Positions 44,393-53,918 are shown, counted from the first letter of the stretch. The stretch: DNA of 64,000 bases from an uncultured delta proteobacterium (GCA_963767925.1 CAVYGB010000008.1:1632001-1696000); one strand, 5' to 3'. Notes: generated from the letters alone by a model not told the origin. Made by a program: numbers and translations.

Positions 44393-45373
44393 ATGCCCGA
44401 GAGGTCCAAGCTGGCTCGACGATTCTCCCCCCTCCTGTTCGGTTTCGCCTTCCTCCCCTCCCTCCCGGGCGCCCTGGCGCCCCGCTCACCTGCCGCGGCG
44501 CCCGCCGCCCCCCAGGCCGAGCCCGCCGCCGCGGTGCTCGCCTCGGCCTCGTCGCTCTCCGGCCCGCGGGCCGACGCCTGCCTCGCCAGCACCATCTGCG
44601 CGCTCAAGGACGAGGTCCGCTGGCGCGCCCCCGCCTGGAGCCCCAGCAAGTGCCAGCTCATCGCCGACGCCGTCCAGTCCGCGGCCGAGCAGCATGACCT
44701 GTCCCCCGCCCTGATCGTCGCCGTCATGCTCAACGAGAGCGACCTCGACGACAAGGCCGTCGCTTCCTACGAACGCGACGGCGCGGTCTACGCGAAGGAC
44801 GGCGGCCTCATGGGGATCCGCTGCGTGTTCGACGAGCGCGGCCGCTGCAAGAACGGCTTCGTCAAAGGCCTCACCTTCAAGAACATCATGGATCCCTTCA
44901 CCAACATCGCCCTCGGCGCGCGCGAGCTGGCGTACTACCGTAACGGCGGTGGCGTCGAGAAGCGGGTGACCCGCCTGCTGGCGTCCGACGGGCAGGTCGT
45001 GGAAAAGACGAAGAACGTACGCTGCCGCCACGCCACCCACGCCTACTGGGCGCACTACAACCACGGCTCGCGCTACATCGCCAGCGGCCACCCCCGCCAC
45101 TATCCCCACCGGGTCGGCGTCCTTTATTTCGCCCTCGCCAAGGCGCTGGGCCTCCCGGCGAGCGAGCTCGAGTCGCGGCCCCTCACGGTCGTCGATCCGG
45201 GCATGCGGCCGCGCACCGCCGACCGGCCGGTCGAGCCGCGCTACCGGGCCCTCTGCTCGAAGATCCAGGCGGTGAGCGGCGTCTGCCGCGCGCCCGTCAC
45301 GGCGTCCCGCACCGACCGGTCATCGCACCGGGGCGACGGGGTGTGGTTCGAGGCTCGACTCGGCCCTTCTTAG
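44393..45373 (+). CDS. Exported lytic transglycosylase (SLT)-like protein
   Basis: Signal-like N-terminus; AAEQHDLSPALIVAVMLNES, GLMG, DPFTNIALGAREL and AHYNHG motifs. Confidence 0.75.
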   Translation: MPERSKLARRFSPLLFGFAFLPSLPGALAPRSPAAAPAAPQAEPAAAVLASASSLSGPRADACLASTICALKDEVRWRAPAWSPSKCQLIADAVQSAAEQHDLSPALIVAVMLNESDLDDKAVASYERDGAVYAKDGGLMGIRCVFDERGRCKNGFVKGLTFKNIMDPFTNIALGARELAYYRNGGGVEKRVTRLLASDGQVVEKTKNVRCRHATHAYWAHYNHGSRYIASGHPRHYPHRVGVLYFALAKALGLPASELESRPLTVVDPGMRPRTADRPVEPRYRALCSKIQAVSGVCRAPVTASRTDRSSHRGDGVWFEARLGPS

Positions 45374-45394
45374 CTGACAGACTTTCTCGAGGAG

Positions 45395-46243
45395 GTGAAC
45401 GCCTTGGCAGCTTCGGCGTCGGAGCCGGTAGCCGGTCTCGAAGACATCGTGGTGCTCGACCCGGATCACCCGGGGTTTCGTGATCCTCTGTATCGGGGCC
45501 GTCGCAACGAGATCGCCCGCATCGCCCTGCAGTACCAGCTCGACACCCCCATCCCCCGCATCGAATACACGGCCGAGGAGCACGGGGTCTGGCGGACGGT
45601 CTGGGAGAAGCTGGCGCCGGTCCAGGAACGTCATGCTTGCCGGGCCTACCGCGAGGCCTGCGCCCAGCTCCCGCTGGATCACCATCGGATCCCCCAGCTC
45701 GCCGACGTCAATCCCCTCCTGCGCGAACGGACCGGCTTCCAGATGATCCCGGTCGCCGGGCTGGTGGCCTCCCGGGCCTTCCTGGGACAGCTCGGACGCA
45801 GCATCTTCCTCGCCACCCAGTACATCCGCCACGCCAGCCGGCCGCTCTACACCCCCGAGCCCGACGTGGTGCACGAGCTGTGCGGACACGCCGCCAGCTT
45901 CGCCATCCCCACCCTGGCCCGGCTCAACCGGGTGTTTGGCCGGGCGGCAGCCCGGGCCAGCGACGAACAGATCACGCTGCTCGAACGCCTCTACTGGTAC
46001 ACGCTCGAGTTCGGGCTCGTGACCGAGGACGGCGTGCCGAAGGCCTACGGGGCCGGGTTGCTCTCGTCCTTCGGCGAGCTCGGCCGCTTCGACTCCGCCG
46101 CCACCATCCGGCCCTTCGATCCCGACGAGGCGGCCGGCCGACCCTACGATCCGACCGACTACCAGGCGGTGCTGTACCTGGTCCCCAGCCTCGAGGCCGC
46201 CGCCGACTCCATCGAAGGCTGGCTGGCCCGGCGCATGGGCTGA
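45395..46243 (+). CDS. phhA: Phenylalanine 4-monooxygenase (aromatic amino acid hydroxylase)
   Basis: TQYIRH, YTPEPDVVHELCGH, LYWYTLEFGL and KAYGAGLLSSFGE motifs; GAGGAG RBS. Confidence 0.92.
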   Translation: MNALAASASEPVAGLEDIVVLDPDHPGFRDPLYRGRRNEIARIALQYQLDTPIPRIEYTAEEHGVWRTVWEKLAPVQERHACRAYREACAQLPLDHHRIPQLADVNPLLRERTGFQMIPVAGLVASRAFLGQLGRSIFLATQYIRHASRPLYTPEPDVVHELCGHAASFAIPTLARLNRVFGRAAARASDEQITLLERLYWYTLEFGLVTEDGVPKAYGAGLLSSFGELGRFDSAATIRPFDPDEAAGRPYDPTDYQAVLYLVPSLEAAADSIEGWLARRMG

Positions 46244-46320
46244 GACGCTGCCCCCGCTCGATCCCCGCGCGGCGGTTGTCGGGGGCCGCTCGAGGCGCTA
46301 GGGTTGCCGAAAGACACGTC

Positions 46321-46917
46321 ATGGCTGCTGGCCCGCTGCCCACCGCTCTCGCTCCGCTGCGCCTCGATCCCGCGCGCGCCGCGCTCCTGGTCGTCGACGT
46401 CCAGACCCGGCTGTCGGCGGCGATGCCCGAGGAGGACCTGGCCCGATGCGAGCGCAACTGGCTCATCCTCGTCGAGCTGGCCAGGCGCCTGCGGCTGCCG
46501 GTGGTCTGGAGCGAGCAGTACCCGCAGGGCCTCGGCCCTACCCTGCCGCCGCTGGCCGAAGCCCTGGTCCAGCCCGGGCTGAGCCTGCACCGCATCGAGA
46601 AGATCACCTTCTCTTGCACCGACTGCGACGCCCTTCCCCCGCTCTTTCAATCGCTGGGCCGCCGCCAGTGGATCGTGGTCGGCATGGAGACCCACGTCTG
46701 TGTCTGGCAGACGGTCCGCGGGCTGCTCGGCTGGAGCGCCGAGGTGCACGTGCCGGGCGACGCCACCATCTCGCGGGCGCCGGCCAACCACCAGGTCGGC
46801 CTCCGGCTGTGCGAACGGGCGGGGGCACTCGTGACCTCGACCGAGACCGTGGTGTTCGATGCCCTGGGACGGGCCGGGACCGAAGACTTCAAGGCTCTCT
46901 CTCGCCTGGTTCGCTGA
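46321..46917 (+). CDS. Isochorismatase family hydrolase (YcaC-related)
   Basis: LLVVDVQ, SEQYPQGLG, EKITFS and GMETHVCV motifs. Confidence 0.9.
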   Translation: MAAGPLPTALAPLRLDPARAALLVVDVQTRLSAAMPEEDLARCERNWLILVELARRLRLPVVWSEQYPQGLGPTLPPLAEALVQPGLSLHRIEKITFSCTDCDALPPLFQSLGRRQWIVVGMETHVCVWQTVRGLLGWSAEVHVPGDATISRAPANHQVGLRLCERAGALVTSTETVVFDALGRAGTEDFKALSRLVR

Positions 46918-47055
46918 CCAGGCGGGTGCGGTCCTCGAACGTCGTTTGACCGACCGCGAAGCCTGGAAAACCCGGAGCAAACGGCAAGCACACATGCCGC
47001 AGAGTGCCCCTCCGCGCTCTCAAGCGGAGCGGCTTCGGCGCCGATGATTTGTGGT

Positions 47056-47319
47056 ATGGCGGACAATAAACGCCGCGGACAGCTGATAAATCTGGCCCAG
47101 CGCAGGCGGCGGCGGGTGCGGGAAGCGCTCATCGAGGCGAAGGGCCAGATGATCGAGGCGGAGCACGCCCTGTTCGTGGCCTTGCGTCTGGCTGGGCTTC
47201 ACGACTCGGGAGCGCGCAACGCTTCCGGCTGGCGCCGGGGGCCGGCCCCCTCGCCGCGCGACGAGCGCACGGTCGCTCGCGTGGTCCCGATCTTCCCGGG
47301 CGGCAAGCGCGCCGCCTAG
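47056..47319 (+). CDS. Small basic hypothetical protein
   Basis: Fills the intergenic gap; GC-rich third positions; predicted helical; alternative start at 47044. Confidence 0.5.
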   Translation: MADNKRRGQLINLAQRRRRRVREALIEAKGQMIEAEHALFVALRLAGLHDSGARNASGWRRGPAPSPRDERTVARVVPIFPGGKRAA

Positions 47320-47370
47320 CTGCGAGACCGTCGTGGCAACGAGCCGTTCTCTCGCTGCGCGCGGGCCCGG

Positions 47371-48441
47371 CTAGGCGATCCAGCCCCCGCCCAGGACCTC
47401 GTCGCCGGCGAAGAAGACGGCGGCCTGGCCAGGGGCGATCCCCTCGACCGGATCGGCGAACGTCACTTCTGCCTCGTTCTGGGCCCGGGTGACGGTGGCG
47501 GGGTGCGCGCTGGCGTGGTGGCGAATCTGGACCTCACAGCGGAGCGGCGCCTCGGCGGAGGCGGGCCTGAGCCAGCGCGTGTCGAGCACGCGCATCTCCT
47601 TGCGCCCGAGCGCGCTGCGCGGGCCCACCACGACCTTGCCGCTGGCCGCGTCGATGCGCAGGACGAAGCGGGCATCCTGTCCGTTGGACGGCGGCAGCCC
47701 CTTGCGCTGCCCGATGGTGAAGTTGTGCGTCCCGCCGTGATGGGCGAGCGGGCTGCCCGCCTCGTCGACGATCTCGCCGCGGGGCCCCGCCGCACCGTGG
47801 GCCTCGACGAACCGCTTGTGGTCGCCGTCGGGGATGAAGCAAATCTGCTGCGAATCTGGCTTGTTCCAGTTCGGCAAGGCCAGCTTCTGGGCGATCTCCC
47901 GCACCTGCTGCTTGCTCATCGCCCCCAGCGGAAAACGCACGAAGGAGAACAGCGCCGGCTGCACCGCGAACAGGAAGTAGGCCTGATCCTTCTGGCGGTC
48001 GACCGCGCGACGCAGCCGCAGCCCCTCCGACCCCGACTCGATGCGCGCGTAGTGGCCCGTGGCCAGCGCCTCGGCCCCGATCGCTCGGGCGAAGCGGATC
48101 AACGGATCGAACTTGAGCGTCTCGTTGCAGCGCACGCACGGGTTGGGGGTCCGCCCCGCCCGGTAGGCGCCCAGGAAATCATCGATGACCGTGCGGGAGA
48201 AGGTCTCGCTCTCGTCGAGCACGTAGTGGGGAAACCCCAGGGCTGCCGCGGTGGCCCGGGCGTCTTCGATGTCGCGCGGGCTGCAGCAGCGGCCGCCGAT
48301 GCTGGCCGCCGTCCCCGACGCGTCGTAGAGCTTGAGCGTCACCCCCACCACCTCGGCCCCGCTCTGGCACAGGAGGGCCGCCGCCGTCGAGGAGTCGACC
48401 CCTCCGGACATGGCAACGACGATTCTGGGACGGGCGGCCAT
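47371..48441 (-). CDS. mnmA: tRNA 2-thiouridine(34) synthase MnmA
   Basis: AMSGGVDS, TPNPCVRCN, ATGHYA, DSQQICF and TIGQRKG motifs. Confidence 0.96.
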   Translation of the reverse strand: MAARPRIVVAMSGGVDSSTAAALLCQSGAEVVGVTLKLYDASGTAASIGGRCCSPRDIEDARATAAALGFPHYVLDESETFSRTVIDDFLGAYRAGRTPNPCVRCNETLKFDPLIRFARAIGAEALATGHYARIESGSEGLRLRRAVDRQKDQAYFLFAVQPALFSFVRFPLGAMSKQQVREIAQKLALPNWNKPDSQQICFIPDGDHKRFVEAHGAAGPRGEIVDEAGSPLAHHGGTHNFTIGQRKGLPPSNGQDARFVLRIDAASGKVVVGPRSALGRKEMRVLDTRWLRPASAEAPLRCEVQIRHHASAHPATVTRAQNEAEVTFADPVEGIAPGQAAVFFAGDEVLGGGWIA

Positions 48442-48456
48442 CGGGCGGGGCAGAAG

Positions 48457-49620
48457 CTACGCTGCCGCGCGCACCCGGGCAACCACCTGTTCCACCAGGG
48501 CGGCGGCCAGGTCTATCTCCGCGTCGGTGTTGCCGGCGCCCAGACTGAAGCGGATGCCCTCGCGGGCTCGTTCGGGGGGAAGTCCCAGGGCGAGCAGCAC
48601 GGGCGAGGGGGCGACGGTTCCCGAGCTGCAAGCGGCGCCGGTGGCCACCGCCACCCCTTCCAGGTCCAGCCCGATCGCCACGAGCTGACCCGGAGCCCCG
48701 GAGAAGGCGACGTTGCAGACCCCGGGCGCCCGTCCGGACACGTCGCCGTGTAGCCGCGATCCCGGGATCGCCAGCAGGCGGGCCTCCAGGCGATCCCGCA
48801 GGCCGGCGATCCGACCGGCCCGAGCGGCGAGGTCTCGCCCGGCCAGCCGGCAGGCCTCCCCGAAGCCGACGATGCCGGGGACGTTCTCCGTGCCCGCCCG
48901 CCGCTCGTGCTCCTGGTGCCCGCCGGTGAGCAGCGAAGCCGTCTCCAGACCGCGCCGGATCCAGACCGCCCCCACTCCCTTGGGGCCACCGATCTTGTGC
49001 GCCGACACGGTCAGGGCATCGATCCCCAGCGCCGCCACGTCGACCGGCACCCGCCCCAGCGCCTGGACCGCATCGCTGTGAACCAGCGCGCCCGCCGCCC
49101 GCGCGCGCCGGGCCACCTCCGGAATCGGATAGACGTTCCCGATCTCGTGGTTGACCAGGCCCAGAGTGACGAGGCCGACCTCCGATCCCAGGAGCGCCTC
49201 CAGGTCCGACAGGACCAGCGTCCCGATCGACGTGACCGGGAGCCAGCGGGTCTCGCGGCTACCGGCGAGGGCGGCCAGTGCCCCCAGCACGGAGGGATGT
49301 TCGACCGGCGAGGAGAGCACCCCCTGGCGCGACGGCGCGCTCCCACCGGCCCGCCGGCCCTCGATCAGCCCCCGGATGGCCAGGTGGTTGCCCTCCGTGC
49401 CGCCGGAGGTGAAGACGATCTCGTCGGGCGCCCCGCCGATCAGCGCCGCGAGCTGCGCCCTCGCGTTCTCGACCGCCGAGCGCGCCTTCCTGCCGGCCGC
49501 GTGGATGCTCGAGGGGTTGGCCCAGGTTTGCGCGAGGGACGCCGCCACGGCGTCGCGCACTTCGGGCAACAGCGGCGTGGTGGCGTTGTGGTCGAGGTAG
49601 ATGACCGGTCGATCCGCCAC
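48457..49620 (-). CDS. iscS: Cysteine desulfurase (IscS/NifS type)
   Basis: YLDHNATT, FTSGGTE, SAHKIGGPKG and ATGAACSSG motifs; start likely GTG at 49620. Confidence 0.9.
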   Translation of the reverse strand: MADRPVIYLDHNATTPLLPEVRDAVAASLAQTWANPSSIHAAGRKARSAVENARAQLAALIGGAPDEIVFTSGGTEGNHLAIRGLIEGRRAGGSAPSRQGVLSSPVEHPSVLGALAALAGSRETRWLPVTSIGTLVLSDLEALLGSEVGLVTLGLVNHEIGNVYPIPEVARRARAAGALVHSDAVQALGRVPVDVAALGIDALTVSAHKIGGPKGVGAVWIRRGLETASLLTGGHQEHERRAGTENVPGIVGFGEACRLAGRDLAARAGRIAGLRDRLEARLLAIPGSRLHGDVSGRAPGVCNVAFSGAPGQLVAIGLDLEGVAVATGAACSSGTVAPSPVLLALGLPPERAREGIRFSLGAGNTDAEIDLAAALVEQVVARVRAAA

Positions 49621-49628
49621 GCGGGCCG

Positions 49629-50225
49629 CTAGGTCTTGGTGGGCGTGAGCGTGACCTTCTGCTCGATCGTGACGGCGCTGCCCCCGAAGGTCGGAAACTT
49701 CCAGCGCATCGCCGCGCTCTTGATACAAGAGGTCATCTCCGAGTCGATCGAGGGGTTCACGCCCACGTCCTCGACCGTGCCCTGCGGGCGGACCGTGATG
49801 TCCAGGGTGAGCCCCACCCCGGACTGGTAGTGCAGCGCCTGGTTCTTCTTCAAGGCGCGCTCGTAGCACTGCCGGAGGGCGGGCGCCCCCTGCATGACGA
49901 TCTTGCTCGCCACCGCCGGGTCGAGCCCGCCCTTGTCCACGCCACCGCCCGCGGGGACCGTGCCGCGGATCGAGGCCACGAGGTTGATGATCTCCGGATC
50001 GGTGAGGACGACGCGGCTGGGGTTGGCCATCGCCTGCGCGAGCTGGCGCTTGAGCCCGGCCATGTCGTTCTTGAGAGCGTTCGTCTCTTTCCGGCACTCG
50101 ACCAGCTTGTCGTTCGCCTCGGAGAGGCGTCTGGTCATCTCTTCTTTGGCCTTTCCGTCGCAGGACGCGAAAAGGAGCGCCGCCGGAGTAAGCCAGGTAA
50201 GTCCTCTTAAGAGAGAGCGCATCAT
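49629..50225 (-). CDS. Lipoprotein with coiled coil and AgmX/PglI-like (TonB-C-like) C-terminal domain
   Basis: LLFASC lipobox; LRQCYERALKKN...ITVRPQGTV...MTSCI...RWKFP. Confidence 0.78.
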   Translation of the reverse strand: MMRSLLRGLTWLTPAALLFASCDGKAKEEMTRRLSEANDKLVECRKETNALKNDMAGLKRQLAQAMANPSRVVLTDPEIINLVASIRGTVPAGGGVDKGGLDPAVASKIVMQGAPALRQCYERALKKNQALHYQSGVGLTLDITVRPQGTVEDVGVNPSIDSEMTSCIKSAAMRWKFPTFGGSAVTIEQKVTLTPTKT

Positions 50226-50324
50226 CCTTTTTTTTAAGCCAGCTTGGGATTTGCTGCAATACCGAGAATCGATCGGCGCCCGACTTCGGTCTGCGCAGCC
50301 GCGGGTAGGTCCCGTCCCTACGTT

Positions 50325-50368
50325 ATTCACCTGCGATTCACCTGCGATTCACCTGCGATTCCCCTGGA
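50325..50368. repeat. Intergenic 11-bp tandem direct repeat
   Basis: ATTCACCTGCG three times exactly, plus degenerate ATTCCCCTGGA. Confidence 0.9.
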
Positions 50369-50431
50369 GATTCTCCCACGTCACTTCCACTTGGTTTCCC
50401 TGCTCGGCCCGCACCCGGCTCTTGCTTGCCT

Positions 50432-52303
50432 CTACTCGCCCTGGCCCCCGCCGGCGCGCTTGCTCGCGGGCGCCGACTCCTCGGGCACCAGGGACCGCTG
50501 CAGGTGATTGGCCACCGGCTCGATGGTGTGCGGGGCTTCGGCAACGAACAGCAGCAGCGACCGCTGCTTGGCTCCCCCGAGCTTGAGGAGGACGTTGCAG
50601 GCGGCGATGAGCGGGCCGGGGTCCCCCACGAACGCCGGATCCGCGCGATACTGCAAAAGAAAGTCCTGGAAGGGCTCGAGCGCCTCCCGGGCCTGCAGGG
50701 CGATGGCCGCGTCGGCGATCGAACCGACGGCCTGCAGGTCGGTGTCGGGCAAGCGCAGGTGCTCGACCAGCAGGGGGATCGCCTCCTTCGCCTTCAGGGT
50801 CGTCACCGCCCGCGCGAAGAAGTCCAGCCGCTTCGGCTGGCGGTCCTCGGCGTAGTCCGGGCGAACCCTCAGAGCCTCCAGATAGACGGGCAAGAGCGCG
50901 CGGTCCTGGCGGGAAGCCAGGACCTCCATGGTCTTTTTCAGGACGGCCGGCGGCACCACCTCGCCGATGTCGAGCGCCCGCAGGAGCTGTCGAGCCACGT
51001 CCGGCCCGCCCATCCTGGTCAGCTCCTCGAGGGCGAACATGCGGACGTCGGTGAAGCGGCGGTCGGGATCCCAAAGAATGGAGGCCAGAGTGTTGACCAG
51101 GTTCGGATCGGTCTGGCTGCCCCCGGTGCCCGGTCCGAACCCGTCGGCATCGAAGGTTGCGCCGGTGACCGCCAGGGCGTCGGGGCCGGCCAGCGTCGCC
51201 TGGTAAGTCACCGCGCCCGAGTTGGCGTCCAGGGTCTTGAAGGTCCCATCGGTGGTCACGAACAGGATCGCGGGACCGGTGTGGGCCGACGAGATGGCGT
51301 CGGTACGGGGCTGGTTGTAGGCCCAGCGCAACCCGCCGCTGGCGGCATCGATCGCGAAGAAGAACCGGAAGTTGTGGACCACCACCGCGCCCCGGGCGAA
51401 GGCGGAGGCCTCGCCCTGCGGCGTGGCCCGCCAGAGCAGCCGGTTGCGATCGAGGGCCGAGTAGTCGACCTCGGCCGGCCGGTACATGTCGTTGTGGTAG
51501 AGGGGGCGCACGAACTCCGGCAAGGTCGCCCGCATGTACGCCGGCGACTTACGCTCGGCGACCGCCGTCCCGCCCGAGGCCAGGAAGACCCCCTGCGAGC
51601 CGAAGAACAGGCCCTCCGGCAACCCCCGCACGAAGCTGGCTGCCTCCTCGCGCGAGAGGATGTCGGCCAGCACCTGCCCCGACGGACCATCGAGCAGGGT
51701 CACCCACTGCGACTGCCGGGGCACCACCACGAGCTTGCGCCAGACGGCCGGTGCGCCGACCGGGCCGGTAACGTCCCGGGAGAACCGCTGCGCGCCGCTG
51801 GCGGCATCGTAGGCGACGACGGCCGCCTGTCGAGCCGCCGCCGAGCTGCCGCCGGCGGTCTGGACCACCTCCGCCACCGTGTTGCCCGAGGCGGCGTACC
51901 CCATGCGGGTGAAGGCGGCATCCAGCGTCTTTTGCCAGCGCACGGCCCCCGTCGCCACGTCCCGGGCCACCAGGGTGCCCTTGCGATCGGCGTGAACGAT
52001 CACCTCCCGGGCCACCGCCACCCGGCCCCCGACCTCGGCCGGCTGCCGCCAGAGCAGGCGCTTGTCTCGAAGATCGAAGGCCAGCAGCTCGGGGGCGCCG
52101 CCCGGCGTCCGGGCGACGACGAAGGCCAGCGGGCGCCCGAGCTTGTTGGTGGGGCCGTTCTCGGCCTCGCCAGCGCGGGCCAGGGCCGCCCGCACCAGGG
52201 CCGGGTCGCCCCCGCGCGTGGAAGAGGACGAGGGGATGACCGGCACCGCACAGGCCGATGCCAGCATCGCCGTCCAGAGCGCCCCGATGGCTCCACGTCT
52301 CAT
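50432..52303 (-). CDS. Lipoprotein with PQQ-like (BamB-type) beta-propeller and C-terminal HEAT repeats
   Basis: MLASAC lipobox; repeated ARDVATGAVRW / AYDAASGAQRF / AIDAASGGLRW blades; helical C-terminus. Confidence 0.82.
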   Translation of the reverse strand: MRRGAIGALWTAMLASACAVPVIPSSSSTRGGDPALVRAALARAGEAENGPTNKLGRPLAFVVARTPGGAPELLAFDLRDKRLLWRQPAEVGGRVAVAREVIVHADRKGTLVARDVATGAVRWQKTLDAAFTRMGYAASGNTVAEVVQTAGGSSAAARQAAVVAYDAASGAQRFSRDVTGPVGAPAVWRKLVVVPRQSQWVTLLDGPSGQVLADILSREEAASFVRGLPEGLFFGSQGVFLASGGTAVAERKSPAYMRATLPEFVRPLYHNDMYRPAEVDYSALDRNRLLWRATPQGEASAFARGAVVVHNFRFFFAIDAASGGLRWAYNQPRTDAISSAHTGPAILFVTTDGTFKTLDANSGAVTYQATLAGPDALAVTGATFDADGFGPGTGGSQTDPNLVNTLASILWDPDRRFTDVRMFALEELTRMGGPDVARQLLRALDIGEVVPPAVLKKTMEVLASRQDRALLPVYLEALRVRPDYAEDRQPKRLDFFARAVTTLKAKEAIPLLVEHLRLPDTDLQAVGSIADAAIALQAREALEPFQDFLLQYRADPAFVGDPGPLIAACNVLLKLGGAKQRSLLLFVAEAPHTIEPVANHLQRSLVPEESAPASKRAGGGQGE

Positions 52304-53133
52304 GGTGTCCCCCTTGCGTCGACCAGCTTCTGCGCCTCCCCGCGCGAGGCGCGGTTGTCCTTCTCGGGGATGCTGGTCAGGTATTCGACGAGCGCCGTTG
52401 TGGCGGCCGGCCCCGGCATGCGCGCCAGGGTGTTGATGACGTCGACGCGCAGCCGGTCGGCTACCTCCGGTCGCTTGAGGAACTCCCCCAGCGCGGTCGC
52501 CAGCACGGCGTCGTCGATCCGACCGCGCAGCTCGGCGAGCCGGGGCACGTCGTCCGACTTGATCAACGTGCCGAGGGGCCCGGCCGCGCCAGCGTCGTTC
52601 TTGGCCACGAGCTTGAACAGGCGGGGCGCGGCCCGACCCTCCTTGCGGTCGGCCAGGGTCTCGGCGGCGACCGTCCGGATCTCGGCCGCGCTGTCGCCCA
52701 GCCGTTCGATCAAGACCCCGGCGACCCGCGGGTCGTCGAGAGCGGCGAGCGCCCGCAAGGCCGCCTTTCGAACCGGGACGTTGCGGTTGCCGCTGTAGAG
52801 GGTCAGCACCTGGATCGCCTTGCGATCCCGGAGCTTCTCGAGACCCTGCAGCGCCTCGACCGCCAGATTGGGCAAGGCGCCGACGGCCAGGAGCTCGGCG
52901 AGCGGATCGGCCGCCTCCCGGGCGCCCGAGTCGCCGAGACGCTGGGCGGCGGTGACCGCCGTGGTCACGTCTTCGCCCAGCAGCTTGGCGCGCAGGTCGG
53001 CTAGCTCCGCCGACGGGAGGGGCTTTGGCGGCTTCGCGCGCGCCGCCGCCCCGGTCGGGGGGGCTGCCGCAACGTCGCCGACCGCCAGCGCCCAGACCAC
53101 GATCCACCCAAGGAGGTGCCTCACCAGGCACAC
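52300..53133 (-). CDS. Exported HEAT-repeat protein
   Basis: Signal-like N-terminus; VRKAALRALAAL and IRTVAAETLAD units; ATGA overlap with the next gene. Confidence 0.82.
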   Translation of the reverse strand: MCLVRHLLGWIVVWALAVGDVAAAPPTGAAARAKPPKPLPSAELADLRAKLLGEDVTTAVTAAQRLGDSGAREAADPLAELLAVGALPNLAVEALQGLEKLRDRKAIQVLTLYSGNRNVPVRKAALRALAALDDPRVAGVLIERLGDSAAEIRTVAAETLADRKEGRAAPRLFKLVAKNDAGAAGPLGTLIKSDDVPRLAELRGRIDDAVLATALGEFLKRPEVADRLRVDVINTLARMPGPAATTALVEYLTSIPEKDNRASRGEAQKLVDARGTP

Positions 53134-53270
53134 ATATCCCGCCCCCCGATACGCGTCAATTCAGCTCTCGCGTTGCCGCCGGGGGGGCGGCGTCACGGAG
53201 GCGGCGCGGTCACCGGCTCCACCGGGCCCGGGGTCGACCCCTCCGTCAAACTTCTTCGGCCGGGCTGGTC

Positions 53271-53816
53271 CTACTTCTTCTTGGCCTCGTCGTCGCCGAA
53301 CTCGACCTTGCCGCTGTAGTTGGGCCCCTTGCCCCGCAGCCAGAAGGTTGTGGAGGCGATCATCCGCCGGCCCGACTCCATGGTCATGAGGTACTTCTTG
53401 TTCTCCTCGAACTCGGGCTTGCCGAGCTGGATGTTGGCGGCGAAGACCCGGGTGTTCTTGTCGCGGGTGTATTGCTCGTCACCGGCCACGAACCGCTGCG
53501 AGCCGCTGCCCACCTCCCAGAACTTGAGGTTCACCTCGTTGTCATTGAGAGGCCGGGCGAAGAAGGCGATGTATTCGATCAGCCAGACCGTCTCGTCGGG
53601 GCTCTTCTCGTCCTTGGGCCAGATCCGATCGATCTTGGCCTTGTTGACCGCCGCGATGAACGCCCCCGCGGAGGGGAAATGGGTGGGGAGGCGATCCTTG
53701 GTCAGGATGATGCGTCCCTTGAAGACGTCCTCCGGTTTTTTGGCGGCGTGGCTCACCGACGGGCGAGACAGGCAAAGGAGAGGCAACAGACCGAGGACGT
53801 TTCGACGGCGGTACAT
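53271..53816 (-). CDS. Exported hypothetical protein (possible twin-arginine signal)
   Basis: MYRRRNVLGLLPLLCL...SHA signal; GAGGTG RBS. Confidence 0.75.
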   Translation of the reverse strand: MYRRRNVLGLLPLLCLSRPSVSHAAKKPEDVFKGRIILTKDRLPTHFPSAGAFIAAVNKAKIDRIWPKDEKSPDETVWLIEYIAFFARPLNDNEVNLKFWEVGSGSQRFVAGDEQYTRDKNTRVFAANIQLGKPEFEENKKYLMTMESGRRMIASTTFWLRGKGPNYSGKVEFGDDEAKKK

Positions 53817-53918
53817 CAACAGCACCTCACGATTTGAGCGCGGCCCACACTACAATCTCATCGGGGGAGTTGGCCGTTTTTTTGACGAGCGCCGCCGGGT
53901 TGTTAGGGTCGATGTCGT

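Noticed and set aside
50325..50368. CRISPR array
   Set aside because: Units are 11 bp and contiguous, with no spacers and no cas genes
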